Shown here piece by piece: positions 20,122 through 31,857 of a DNA stretch of 64,000 nucleotides. The notes below the pieces were generated by a model. It did not search any database. It was not told where the DNA came from and worked only from the letters and a program-made list of their open reading frames with translations. The DNA is taken from positions 2,688,001 through 2,752,000 of the forward strand of contig OY969474.1 of NCBI GenBank assembly GCA_963700145.1, written 5' to 3'. A program made the translations under genes and the position numbers. Each line of letters begins with the position of its first letter. Position 1 is the stretch's first letter. Origin of the DNA: an uncultured Acidobacteriota bacterium (GTDB lineage Bacteria > Acidobacteriota > Thermoanaerobaculia > Multivoradales > UBA5704).

Positions 20122-20469
20122 TCAGTCGTCGCAGCCGAGCGCGAAGGCGATGGCGGCGCAGACTTCGCGCAGGCGGCGCTCGGAGAGCTGGGCCAGGCGG
20201 GCGCCGAGCCCGTCCCGGGCCACCGTGACCAGGTTGAACAGGTTCACCGCGCAAGGCTGCTTCATCCCGTCTTCGGGTCCCAGCAGGACCTCCGAGGGAA
20301 CGCCGCGAATCGTCGAGGTGATGGGAGCCACCGTCACGCGCGCCAGGTAGGCGAGAGACGAACCACGCGTGAGGACCAGGACGGGCCGCGCTTTGTCCGG
20401 CGGCGGGAAGCGGTAGAGCCGGACCTCGCCGCGCTCTAGTCGTCCGGCCGCGCCGCGGCCCGCTCCCAC
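20122..20469 (-). CDS. MazF/PemK-family toxin (start codon uncertain)
   Basis: RGEVRLYRFPPPDKARPVLVLTR, VAPITSTIRGVPSEV. No canonical start at the expected position. Confidence 0.75.
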   Translation of the reverse strand: MGAGRGAAGRLERGEVRLYRFPPPDKARPVLVLTRGSSLAYLARVTVAPITSTIRGVPSEVLLGPEDGMKQPCAVNLFNLVTVARDGLGARLAQLSERRLREVCAAIAFALGCDD

Positions 20470-20675
20470 CGCGCGGCATCGTCGGCGCGGTCCGGGCGCC
20501 GCTCGTAGCCGCTGCGGTCCTGCGCCTCCTGCTCCAGCACCTTCAGCCGCCGGAGGTGCTCGCGCAAGGCCGCCCGCACGAGCTCGGAGCGGTTGACCCG
20601 CGCCGCCCGCGCCGCGCGATCCGCCTCGCGCAGCAGCTCCTCGTCCAGTACGACCTGCACCGTCACCGTGCTCAT
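20436..20675 (-). CDS. CopG/ribbon-helix-helix antitoxin
   Basis: VQVVLDEELLREADRAA...NRSELVRAAL, directly upstream of the toxin. Confidence 0.8.
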   Translation of the reverse strand: MSTVTVQVVLDEELLREADRAARAARVNRSELVRAALREHLRRLKVLEQEAQDRSGYERRPDRADDAARWERAAARPDD

Positions 20676-20851
20676 GGTACGGAACCTATTCCACACAGGA
20701 CCCAGATGGGGCCTCGTCCTGCCCCCGCCAACTCCTCCTCAACCCTCTAGAGATATGCGCTTCCGTCGATGCGCCCCCTGGTGTACACTCCCGCCGACCT
20801 TTCGTCCTGACATTTTTTGGTAGGGGTCCGCCGAGCGAGAGGGATCGCCGT

Positions 20852-21979
20852 ATGCCGCCGACGCTGAACCAGCTCTTGAAGCAGATGGTGGAGCAAGGGG
20901 GGTCCGACCTCCACATCACCACCAACTCGCCGCCGCAGATCCGGGTGGACGGGGTCTTGAAGCCGCTGAACGTCCCGCCCCTGAACCCGACCGAGACCAA
21001 GCAGCTCTCCTACTCGATCCTCACCGACAACCAGAAGCACCGCCTCGAAGAGGACCTCGAGATCGACTTCTCCTTCGGCATCAAGGGGCTGGCGCGCTTC
21101 CGCGCCAACGTCTTCCACCAGCGCGGCGCAATCGCCGCCGCCTTCCGCCAGATCCCCTACGAGATCCGCGGCTTCCGCGAGCTCGGGCTGCCGGGGGTCA
21201 TCGAGCGGCTGTGCGAGAAGCCGCGCGGCCTCGTCCTGGTGACCGGCCCCACCGGCTCCGGCAAGTCGACGACCCTTGCCGCGATGATGGACAAGGTCAA
21301 CCGCGAGCGGCACGAGCACATCATCACCATCGAGGACCCGGTCGAGTACCTGCACAGCCACAAGAAGTGCATCGTCAACCAGCGCGAGCTGCACGCCGAC
21401 ACCCACAGCTTCTCGAACGCCCTGCGCTCGGCGCTGCGCGAGGACCCCGACGTCGTCTTGATCGGCGAGATGCGCGACCACGAGACCGTCGAGTCGGCGC
21501 TGCGCATCGCCGAGACCGGGCACCTGACCTTCGCCACCCTGCACACCAATTCGGCGGCGCAGACCATCAACCGGATCATCGACATCTTCCCCGCCCACCA
21601 GCAGGGGCAGATCCGCGTCCAGCTCAGCTTCGTGATCGAGGGGATCGTCTGCCAGTCGCTGCTGCCGCGCGCCGGCGGCAAGGGGCGCGTCCTGGCGATG
21701 GAGATCCTGGTGCCCAACCCCGCCATCCGCAACCTGATCCGCGAGGACAAGGTGCACCAGATCTACGGCATGATGCAGGCGGGGCAGGCCAAGCACGGCA
21801 TGCAGACGTTCAATCAATCGCTCGCCGCTCTCTACTTCAAGCGCATGATCACCCAGCAGACGGCGCTCGCGCGCTCGTCGCACCCCGACGAGCTGCAGGA
21901 GATCATCGCCCGCGGCCCCAGCGCCCTCAGCCCGGCGCTGGTCGGCGACGTGCGCGAGGTCCGCGAGGCGAGGAGCTAG
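20852..21979 (+). CDS. pilT: Type IV pilus retraction ATPase
   Basis: SDLH, GPTGSGKSTT, TIEDPVE, LREDPD..GEMRD, AIRNLIRE. Confidence 0.95.
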   Translation: MPPTLNQLLKQMVEQGGSDLHITTNSPPQIRVDGVLKPLNVPPLNPTETKQLSYSILTDNQKHRLEEDLEIDFSFGIKGLARFRANVFHQRGAIAAAFRQIPYEIRGFRELGLPGVIERLCEKPRGLVLVTGPTGSGKSTTLAAMMDKVNRERHEHIITIEDPVEYLHSHKKCIVNQRELHADTHSFSNALRSALREDPDVVLIGEMRDHETVESALRIAETGHLTFATLHTNSAAQTINRIIDIFPAHQQGQIRVQLSFVIEGIVCQSLLPRAGGKGRVLAMEILVPNPAIRNLIREDKVHQIYGMMQAGQAKHGMQTFNQSLAALYFKRMITQQTALARSSHPDELQEIIARGPSALSPALVGDVREVREARS

Positions 21980-21982
21980 CCG

Positions 21983-23188
21983 ATGCCCAACTTCGTGTGG
22001 AAGGGCCGCGCCCGCTCCGGCGCCCTGCAGGAGGGGCAGCTCCTGGCCGACTCGCGCGACGCCGCCGTCGCCACCCTGCGCCGGCAGCAGATCCAGATCC
22101 TCAACATCCGCGAGAAGGGCCGGGAGATCAAGCTCATCCCGCGCCTGCCGCGCGGCATCTCCGACAAGCGCGTCGCCATCTTCACCCGCCAGTTCTCGGT
22201 CATGCTCGACGCCGGGCTGCCGCTCGTCCAGTGCCTCGAGATCCTCGGCGAGCAGGAGGAGAACCAGAAGTTCCAGACGATCATCCAGCAGGTGCGCAGC
22301 GACGTCGAGTCGGGGTCGTCGCTGGCCGACGCCATGGCCAAGCACCCCAAGGCCTTCGACCGGCTCTACGTCAACATGGTGGCGGCGGGCGAGGCGGGCG
22401 GCATCCTCGACATCATCCTGCAGCGGCTGGCGACGTACATCGAAAAGGCCGTGCGGCTGAAGAACCAGGTCAAGTCGGCCCTCATCTACCCGGCCTCGGT
22501 CATCGTCATCGCCGCTTTCGTCGTCTTCATCATCCTGTGGAAGGTCATCCCGGTCTTCGCCTCGCTCTTCGCGGGCCTGGGCAGCGAGATGCCGTTCCTG
22601 ACCCGCGTCGTCATCGGCGCCAGCAACTTCATCGGCCGCTTCTTCATCCCCATGGGGCTGGTCCTCGGCGCCGCGGTCTTCATGGTCATGCGCTGGCACA
22701 AGACCCACCGCGGCGCCCGGGTGCTCGACGGCCTGATGCTCAAGATCCCGGTCATCGGCATGCTGCTGCGGAAGGTCGCGGTGGCCCGCTTCTGCCGCAC
22801 GCTCTCGACCCTGACCGCCTCCGGCGTGCCGATCCTCGACGGTCTCGAGATCACCGCCAAGACCTCCGGCAACGCGATCATCGAGGACGCGGTGATGGCG
22901 GTGCGCAAGGCGGTCGAGGAGGGCAAGACGATCAGCGACCCGCTGCGCGAGACCAAGGTCTTCCCGCCGATGGTGGTGCAGATGATCAACGTCGGCGAGC
23001 AGACCGGCGCCCTCGACCAGATGCTGTCGAAGATCGCCGAGTTCTACGAGGACGAGGTGGACACCGCGGTGACCGGCCTGATGAAGCTGATCGAGCCGAT
23101 CATGATCACCATCCTCGGGGCGATCATCGGCACCATCGTCACCGCCATGTACCTGCCCCTCTATTCGTTCCTCAAGGACATCGGGTAG
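21983..23188 (+). CDS. pilC: Type IV pilus platform protein (GspF family)
   Basis: FTRQFSVMLDAGLPL, AGEAGGIL, ALIYP, VGEQTGAL, LIEP, AMYLP. Confidence 0.95.
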   Translation: MPNFVWKGRARSGALQEGQLLADSRDAAVATLRRQQIQILNIREKGREIKLIPRLPRGISDKRVAIFTRQFSVMLDAGLPLVQCLEILGEQEENQKFQTIIQQVRSDVESGSSLADAMAKHPKAFDRLYVNMVAAGEAGGILDIILQRLATYIEKAVRLKNQVKSALIYPASVIVIAAFVVFIILWKVIPVFASLFAGLGSEMPFLTRVVIGASNFIGRFFIPMGLVLGAAVFMVMRWHKTHRGARVLDGLMLKIPVIGMLLRKVAVARFCRTLSTLTASGVPILDGLEITAKTSGNAIIEDAVMAVRKAVEEGKTISDPLRETKVFPPMVVQMINVGEQTGALDQMLSKIAEFYEDEVDTAVTGLMKLIEPIMITILGAIIGTIVTAMYLPLYSFLKDIG

Positions 23189-23192
23189 GGAG

Positions 23193-24958
23193 ACGAGTCA
23201 GCCCGCGCTCGCCCGCCAGCTCCGCTGGACCATCGCGATCCGCGTCGTCGCGATCGCCAGCGTGCTGCTGCCGTACGTCCTGCTCCAGCTCGCCTCGCCG
23301 CCGGTCGAGGGGTCGGCGGCGACGCCCCCCGCGCCGGAGGTGCAGGCGGCGCCCGGTCCGCCGGCCCCGGCGCCCGCCGCCGAGCCGCTGCTGCCGCCGC
23401 GCGTCGTCTACCTGGTGGCGGGGCTGACGTTCCTCGCCACCCTCGCCTACATCGCGCTGCTCCAGACCTTCCCGGGCCATTACACGCTCCAGGCCTACGC
23501 CCAGTTCGCCGGGGACCTCCTGCTCATCACCCTCCTCGTCTACTCGGTCGGCGGCATCGCCAACCCGTTCTCGCTCCTCTACCTGATCGTCATCGCGGTG
23601 GCCGCGACGCTGCTGCGCCGCCGCGCCGGGGTCATCGTCGCCTCGGCCGCCTACCTGCTCTACGCGCCGCTCGTCCTCGGGCTCTACTTCGGCTGGCTGC
23701 CGGCGCCGCCGCACGCCCCGGCCGAAACGGTCTCCGCCCTGCGCTTGGCCTACAACCTGGCGGTCCACTTCGTCGGCTTCTACGCCGTCGCCCTGCTGAC
23801 CTCCTACCTGGCGCGCAACGTGGCGCGCGCCGAGCAGGCGCTGGAGGAGAAGAGCGAGGACCTGGCCGACCTCCAGGTCGCCTACCGCGACGTCGTGCAG
23901 TCGATCGGCAGCGGCCTCGTCACCACCGACCTCGCGGGCACGATCACCAGCGCCAACCGCGCCGCGCTCGACATCCTCGGCGAGATCGTGGAGGGCGCCG
24001 ACCGCGAGCTGGTCGGCCTGCCGATCCACCGCACCCGCCTCTTCGACGAGGCGCGCTGGCGGGGGATCGCCGAAGCCGGCGTCGGCGAGGAGCAGATCCG
24101 CGCCGAGGTCGAGGTGCCGCACGGCGGCGAGGTCGCGACCTTCGGCTACAGCGTCGCGCAGCTCGCCGACGCCGCCGGCGACCACCGCGGCTACATCGTC
24201 GTCTTCCAGGACCTGACCCGCTGGCGGCGCCTGCAGGAGCAGGTGCGCCTCAAGGACCGGATGGCGGCGGTCGGCGAGCTGGCCGCCGGCCTGGCGCACG
24301 AGATCGGCAACCCGCTGGCCGCCATCTCCGGCTCGGTCCAGCTCCTCTCCGGCGCGGTCGGCGAGGGGCCCTCGGAGCGCAAGCTCGTCGAGATCCTGCT
24401 CAAGGAGAGCCGCCGGCTCGACCGCACGATCAAGGGCTTCCTGCGCTTCGCGCGGCCGCGCGAGCGGGTGAGCGTGTGCTTCGACATCGCGCGCCTGCTG
24501 TCGAACAACTTCGAGCTGCTCAGAAACAGCGACGAGGTCTCGCCGCGGCACCGGCTCAGCGTCGAGCTCGACCCGCCGTCGGCGAGCCTCCTGGCCGACC
24601 CCGACCAGGTGAGCCAGATCTTCTGGAACCTGGCCCGCAACGCGCTGCGCGCCATGCCCGACGGCGGCGAGCTGGCGGTCTCCGGGCGCCTGGCCGGCGA
24701 CCGCTACCGCCTGCAGGTGGCCGACACCGGGCGCGGGATGTCCGAGGAGGAGCGCGCCAACCTCTTCCACCCCTTCCAGTCCTTCTTCGACACCGGCACC
24801 GGCATCGGCATGGCGATCGTCTACCGCATCGTCGAGGAGCACGGCGGGCGGGTGGACGTCGAGAGCCACCCCGGCCGCGGCACGACGATCACCGTCGACC
24901 TGCCGGCGCTGGGGCAGGACGTGGCGGTGCCGGCCTCGCTCGCCGCCGAGGCGCGGCC

Positions 24959-24962
<4 letters not shown>
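23193..24962 (+). CDS. pilS: PilS-like PAS sensor histidine kinase (start uncertain, 23193-23262)
   Basis: Multi-TM N-terminus, PAS domain, LAHEIGNPL H-box, NLARNA, DTGRG, GTGIGM. Confidence 0.85.
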
Positions 24963-26371
<1,409 letters not shown>

Positions 26372-26397
26372 GGGTTTCCTCCCCTACCTTCAGCGCT

Positions 26398-28725
26398 TCA
26401 CTTGGCGCAGGTGAGATCCGCGTTTGCGACCGGGCCGAAGCCCTTGCCGCGCGGGTCCGGCGCGCACTTCAGGAACTTCACGGTCGCTACGAGCAGCCCT
26501 GGCCCCTTCGAACCGCATTGCTTGTCCAGATTGGGGAGCATAATGCCGAGATAGGGGACCGCAGCAGCGTCGGACCGCTTGTAAGTAACGCCGAGGGCCG
26601 GACAAGGCGTGTTCTCATTGCCTCCTTGCATCGGCAGGTTGGAGATGGTCCCGGGAGGCGACGTGGGTGAGCCTTTCTTCGCGACACGCAAGGTGACACC
26701 ACCGTCGACTCCCTTGCTGCTGAACTGCGTGACCTGGATGTCGCCCTCGGCGCGGGTCCCTGTCTTCGCGTCGAGTTGAATAGTGGCCGCGCCCTGCTGA
26801 CGCGCCGCCAGACGGATGCCGGTGACACGCGCCGTGGGCGAGGTGACAGCGAAGACGCCCTGCCCGGTCATCCTGAGACCCTTCAGCTTTGCCTCACCGG
26901 CCGCGAAGCCGCGCCGCAGCGTTTCGTCGAGACGGAGTACCAGCCTGCCGGTCTGGAGAAGCGCCGGTGCCACATCGAACTGCAGAGCCAACCGCTCGTT
27001 GCCGGCCTGGATGTTGCGGACGATGAACCGCGCCGACTTCATTCCCCCTCCTGGCTCCTCGATCTTGAGGTTGCGCCAGGCGATGCTATTGCTGTTGGCG
27101 ACATTGGTGTCGATGTTCGCGCCCTCGACGAGCGGCGCCTCCTGAACGCTCAACACGCGGATGTAGATGCACCAGTGGTCGGATGGCGAGGGCGAGGGCG
27201 GAGTCCACGGCAACGGTCCGATGTCGGTTACCTGGCCCGGTTCCAAATTGAGCGTGATGAACTGGCGCGACTCCGGAAGCATCGTGAAATTCGTCGGCCA
27301 TGCCAGTCCAGTTGAAGCGTTGGCGATGTAGACCGCGACCTCGGCATAGACGTTGCGCGTCGGCCCAGGCCGCGTGTTGCGCAGCGTCGCGTAGAGATAG
27401 TTGGTGACGCCCGCCACGGGGTTCTCGTGATCGGCGGAAGAGCCGCAATCGCGTGTCACTCCTCCCACGGTGTTGAGATCGGGTGGCGGATCGCGCGGGA
27501 TGCAGAGGTCCGTCGTGACCTCGGCAGTGCGATTCCAGATGTCCGGGCTGAGCCAACGCGGGGCGGGCGAAGCCACGTTGCCGATCGCCGTGATGTCCGC
27601 AGCGTTGTCGCCCATCCATGGATCCGACGCGGGATCGGGTCCGGACAGGCAGGTAATCCCGCGCAGCCTGCAGTAATTGCGGTACATCGTGTCGATGAAG
27701 CCGTGCCAGCGCCAGAACATCGGATCCTTGGGTGACGATGCTCGACACATGCTGCCGAAGCCCGCCCCGCTGGTGGCGAAGAAGCCGCCAACGGCCGGGC
27801 CGATGTTGCAGTGAACTTGCCCGTGATACGTTCCTTCGAAGGAGCTGGTGAAAGAGGCGAGGCTCGTATAGTCGGCGAGTTTGGTCTGGCCGCCGCCATC
27901 CGCGACCGTTCCGCCAGCGATCGTGTAGTAGGTCGGAATGCGGTTGACGTCCGGATTGAAGGCCAAGCGCAGGCTCGCCGGATGGTTGAACGCCGGCCCG
28001 GTCGGCAGAGGCCGGCCGGGATACCAGGGCGCCACGGTGGCATAGCCGAAAGCGGTTCGCCATTCGTCGAAGCGGCGCAGGAAATAGCCGTGCCATGCCA
28101 GAAACTGGCGCCAGTCAGAGCCGCCGCCAACAAACTGATGCCAGTAGATGTGCTCGTCCACGACGTGGCCGAACCCCGGGTTGGTCGTCGTCAAGGCGCG
28201 ATGGGTCGAGGTATAGAAGTCCTCCGGCTGCTTGGCCGGATCGGTCATGTTGCGTTCGATCGTGAACGTAGTCGAGCTGGTGCAGCTGCCGCCGCTCGAG
28301 GGGGTGACCGTTAGGGAGACGACGCGCGCCTCTGGGCCGTTGAGCGGATGAATCTGCGTCGCCGACGGCTGCCAATAGAACGAGACGGTGGACGCGGCGA
28401 GATCGGCCGCTGCGAGCGGCGTCGTGCTCCACGGCAGGGGCGTCGCCAGAGATGCCTGCGTGCCGAGGTCGTCGTTGTAATCCTTGATGCGCGGACCTTG
28501 GATCGTCCAGGAAAAGCTCGTTGCCGTGAATCCCGCGGTTACCGCGGTGAGCGTGGTTTTCTGTCCAACGTTGAACGTCGGCAAGGTGAACGGCGTGTCC
28601 GACACGGCCGTGAAATCGAGCGTTCCACCCGCGCATGGCACCGGCGCGGCGGTGACGGGCGCGGTGAGAAGGCCGGCAAGTCCCAGGACCATCGCGCAAG
28701 AGAGCGGAAGCCGTCGCAGGGTCAT
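26398..28725 (-). CDS. Secreted type-3 copper (tyrosinase/hemocyanin-like) multidomain protein
   Basis: Signal peptide; EHIYWH...FLAWH (CuA), YHGQVH...DPMFWRWHGFID (CuB); C-terminal SPDIWNR/HENP/HWC domain. Lower GC than the flanks. Confidence 0.8.
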   Translation of the reverse strand: MTLRRLPLSCAMVLGLAGLLTAPVTAAPVPCAGGTLDFTAVSDTPFTLPTFNVGQKTTLTAVTAGFTATSFSWTIQGPRIKDYNDDLGTQASLATPLPWSTTPLAAADLAASTVSFYWQPSATQIHPLNGPEARVVSLTVTPSSGGSCTSSTTFTIERNMTDPAKQPEDFYTSTHRALTTTNPGFGHVVDEHIYWHQFVGGGSDWRQFLAWHGYFLRRFDEWRTAFGYATVAPWYPGRPLPTGPAFNHPASLRLAFNPDVNRIPTYYTIAGGTVADGGGQTKLADYTSLASFTSSFEGTYHGQVHCNIGPAVGGFFATSGAGFGSMCRASSPKDPMFWRWHGFIDTMYRNYCRLRGITCLSGPDPASDPWMGDNAADITAIGNVASPAPRWLSPDIWNRTAEVTTDLCIPRDPPPDLNTVGGVTRDCGSSADHENPVAGVTNYLYATLRNTRPGPTRNVYAEVAVYIANASTGLAWPTNFTMLPESRQFITLNLEPGQVTDIGPLPWTPPSPSPSDHWCIYIRVLSVQEAPLVEGANIDTNVANSNSIAWRNLKIEEPGGGMKSARFIVRNIQAGNERLALQFDVAPALLQTGRLVLRLDETLRRGFAAGEAKLKGLRMTGQGVFAVTSPTARVTGIRLAARQQGAATIQLDAKTGTRAEGDIQVTQFSSKGVDGGVTLRVAKKGSPTSPPGTISNLPMQGGNENTPCPALGVTYKRSDAAAVPYLGIMLPNLDKQCGSKGPGLLVATVKFLKCAPDPRGKGFGPVANADLTCAK

Positions 28726-28788
28726 GGTTGGTCCCCCCAAAAATTTCTTCAATTCGCTGCCGATCCAAGCGACGACGAACGAGGGTTT

Positions 28789-29769
28789 TCAGTTCACCGG
28801 CTTGAAGGCGCCATAAAGTTCCCCGTCCGGGAACCGGCTGGTGCTCACGGCGATACCGACCTCGCGACTTCCAGTTGCCAACAGATTGGTCGCGAAGAGG
28901 GCGTTGCTCTCGCGACGATCGACTTCGTATTCGCCGGTCATCGTTCCGCCGGTCGCGTTGGCGTCTGACGAAAGCAGCTTCAGCCGCGGCAGCACGTTCT
29001 GGTTGAGGTTCCTCGGCAGCGACTCCGCTTGCCCGGTCGCTGCGGGTACGCCTACCAGCGCCGCGCTCCGCGGCGTGCCGCTCGTGCGGGCCACCGTGAG
29101 GTGGTAGAAGACCGCGACCCGACCGTCGGGAAAATGGACTTCGCTGAGGACCGCCGTGCCGACGCCATGAGACTCCACGCCGGGCGCGGGTTCGAGGTGC
29201 GCCAGGTAGTTCTTCACCGGCACCATGGCGTCGTTCGGTTCGAGTTGGCCGCGGATTTCCGGCTTGCCGTCGCCCCCCACGATCTCTAGATAGACGCGAG
29301 CCGAGGCGAATTCGCCGAGGAGCTTGCCATCGAGCCGGGAGCGGCCTTGGCCATCCCAGGCGCCGGTGATATTCGCCGAGGCGAGGTCAGGGCAGGGACG
29401 GGCGGCGTCGCCGCAGATCGTATGGACTAGCGCGCCGTTTCCGCCGACGCCGAAGTTATAGAGCGCGATCTTCTTCGGCGGTCCATGCTCGAGGCCTTGA
29501 AAAGTGAGATCGAAGTTGACCGTCCGCGAGGCGTGGTCGATCAGGAAGACTCCCGTTGCCGTCGCAGAAGAGGTGCCCGGAGGAACCACGTTGGCGGCCG
29601 CTGCTTGCGCGAGGAAAAGGGTCGTTCCACCGTGGCCGGTGGCCATCGCCCTTCCGTTCTGGGTGTGCCCTTGCGCAAGGGCCGGTGCGCTCAGAGCGGA
29701 GAGGAGGATTATGAGGAGAGTGACCGGGCCGGTTTTCAGGTGGGTGGTGTCTCCATCATGAGCATCCAT
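28789..29769 (-). CDS. CHRD domain-containing secreted protein
   Basis: VVPPGTSSATATG...TFQGL, GEF...YLEI...PEIRGQL; a second copy ends FPDGELYG. Confidence 0.7.
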   Translation of the reverse strand: MDAHDGDTTHLKTGPVTLLIILLSALSAPALAQGHTQNGRAMATGHGGTTLFLAQAAAANVVPPGTSSATATGVFLIDHASRTVNFDLTFQGLEHGPPKKIALYNFGVGGNGALVHTICGDAARPCPDLASANITGAWDGQGRSRLDGKLLGEFASARVYLEIVGGDGKPEIRGQLEPNDAMVPVKNYLAHLEPAPGVESHGVGTAVLSEVHFPDGRVAVFYHLTVARTSGTPRSAALVGVPAATGQAESLPRNLNQNVLPRLKLLSSDANATGGTMTGEYEVDRRESNALFATNLLATGSREVGIAVSTSRFPDGELYGAFKPVN

Positions 29770-29982
29770 CAGAACTTTCTCCTCTCACGCGCGTGAAGGC
29801 CTCTGAGGGGCATGCGGCGCAGGCTGCCCGAAGCCGGCGCCGATCAATCTGACAGTGTGGATCATCCGTTAATGTAACTCTATACCGATAGGTTGGACTT
29901 GTAAAGGCGCCGCAGTATGGCGAAGGGCCGCCCGCCGCAGACGGGCTTGAGTCAGACTGGTCTACGACATCGCGCCGAGCGG

Positions 29983-31857
29983 CTAATTGGAGGAGCCGCC
30001 GCCGGCAATCGGGTCCGTGGCCGGCGCGGGCTCGGCAGGGTCGGCCGGCAGGTCGCCGAGGAGGAGGCCGTGACCTTGGGTGCCGAGGATGAGGCGGCCT
30101 TCCTGGACGAGGGCGGCGGCCAGGTGCTGGGCGGGGACCGAGAGGGGGAGCTTGCGCAGGGTGGCGCGCTGGCGGTCGTAGAGGTAGGCCTTGTCGCCGG
30201 CGACGAGGAGGGCGGGGAAGCGGGGGTCGCCGGTCGAAAAGACGCGGGAGGGCTTGGTCGGGAGCTCGACCCAGAGCGCCTCCTCGCCGGCCCGCGCCCA
30301 GGCGCCGTACGGGCCCCAGTAGAGGAGGCGGTCGCCGAGGGCGGCGAGCTTGCCGCCGGCCGAGGGCGTCGTCGTGCTGTGGTTGCCGGCGCCGCTCAAC
30401 TGGTGGAGGAGGGCGCCGTCGCTCACCCAGAGATCGCCGGCGTGGAGGGCGGCCGAGCGCGGGGTCCCCTGCTGCAGGCGCTTCTCCACCCACTTGGTTT
30501 CGCCGCGCTCGAAGAGCCGGTCGGCGGTGCGGGCCACGACCAGCCCGCCCGCGCGCGGCTCGGCGAGCACCTGCTCGACGCGCCCGTCCCCCAGCTCCTT
30601 GACCTGCCGCCACTCGGCGCCGCTCCGCTCCCACAGGCCGCGCTCGGTCGCCGCCCACGCCCGCCCGTCCTGCACCGCCAGGTCGAGCACCGTCGGCACC
30701 GGCGCGAAGTCCGGCTCGAAGCTCCGCCCGCCGTCGGTCGAGCGGTGGATGCCGGAGACCGGCCCGGCGTGGTTGACCGCCGCCAGCAGCTCGCCGGGGC
30801 CGGCGGCGAGGGCCGTGACCCGCAGGTTCGTCATGCCGCGGGCGGCGCGGCGGAAGGTGGCGGCGCCGTCCACCGACACCCAGACCCCGGACCCCTCGGT
30901 GCCGAGGAGGACGCGCTCCGGGCGTCGCGGGTGGTAGACGACGGTGTGGATCGACAGCTCCGACCCGGTGATCCGCCGCCAGGCGGCGCCGCCGTCGGCC
31001 GACTGGTAGAGACCGCCGACGGTGCCGGCCAGGAGGCGCCCGTCCGGCAGCGCCGCGAAGCTCGGCGTGCGCCGCTCGTCGAGGCCCTCCTTGAAGCGCT
31101 GCCAGGTGCCGCCGAGGTCGGGGGTGCGGTAGACCCACCCGCAGGTCGTGGCCCAAAGCTCCCCCGGCCGCCCCGGCACCGGCGTCAGGCTGAAGACCTC
31201 GGAGTCGAGGACCATGCCCTCGAAGACGCCGCGCCAGCTGCGGCCGGCGTCGTCGCTGCGGTAAGCGCGGCGCCAGGTGCCGGCGAGGACCGTCGCGGGG
31301 TGCAGCGGATCGACGTGGAGGCTGGTGACCTTCTGGATCTCGGGCAACTCGCCGGTCAGCCGGCGCCAGGTGACGCCGTCGTCGCGCGTCCCCCAGACGC
31401 CGGAGAGGGTGCCGGCGTAGAGCCAGCCCTCCTTTCCCGGCACCGGCTCGAGGGCGTAGACAGGCTCGTTGGGCAGGCCGCCGGCGGCCGCCACCCAGTA
31501 GCCGCCGAGGTCGTCGGACCAGGCGACGTGCCCGCTCCCCCACATCCCCCAGATCGCCGCCCAGACCCGCCCCGGCCGGTTGGGGTCGAAGCGGAGCGCG
31601 CCGACGACCCAGCCGGCGAAGGGGAGGTGCGGGCCGGCGTCGGCCCAGGTGACGCCGCCGTCGCGCGAGCGGTACACCTGGCCGGCGGAGGTGCCGGCGA
31701 GGACGAGGTCGGGGTCGTCGGGGTGGATGGCGAGGGCGCGCACGTCGGCGCCGAAGAGCGGCGCCGTCTTCCACTCGTCCGCGGCGGCGGGCGCGGCGGC
31801 CAGGACGGCGGCGAGGAGGAGGAGCGGGAGGCTAGTGAGGCGACGGCGAGGCTTCAT
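29983..31857 (-). CDS. Secreted BNR/Asp-box beta-propeller protein (sortilin/YCF48-like)
   Basis: Signal peptide and repeated S-x-D-G-G-x-T-W Asp boxes. Confidence 0.8.
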   Translation of the reverse strand: MKPRRRLTSLPLLLLAAVLAAAPAAADEWKTAPLFGADVRALAIHPDDPDLVLAGTSAGQVYRSRDGGVTWADAGPHLPFAGWVVGALRFDPNRPGRVWAAIWGMWGSGHVAWSDDLGGYWVAAAGGLPNEPVYALEPVPGKEGWLYAGTLSGVWGTRDDGVTWRRLTGELPEIQKVTSLHVDPLHPATVLAGTWRRAYRSDDAGRSWRGVFEGMVLDSEVFSLTPVPGRPGELWATTCGWVYRTPDLGGTWQRFKEGLDERRTPSFAALPDGRLLAGTVGGLYQSADGGAAWRRITGSELSIHTVVYHPRRPERVLLGTEGSGVWVSVDGAATFRRAARGMTNLRVTALAAGPGELLAAVNHAGPVSGIHRSTDGGRSFEPDFAPVPTVLDLAVQDGRAWAATERGLWERSGAEWRQVKELGDGRVEQVLAEPRAGGLVVARTADRLFERGETKWVEKRLQQGTPRSAALHAGDLWVSDGALLHQLSGAGNHSTTTPSAGGKLAALGDRLLYWGPYGAWARAGEEALWVELPTKPSRVFSTGDPRFPALLVAGDKAYLYDRQRATLRKLPLSVPAQHLAAALVQEGRLILGTQGHGLLLGDLPADPAEPAPATDPIAGGGSSN

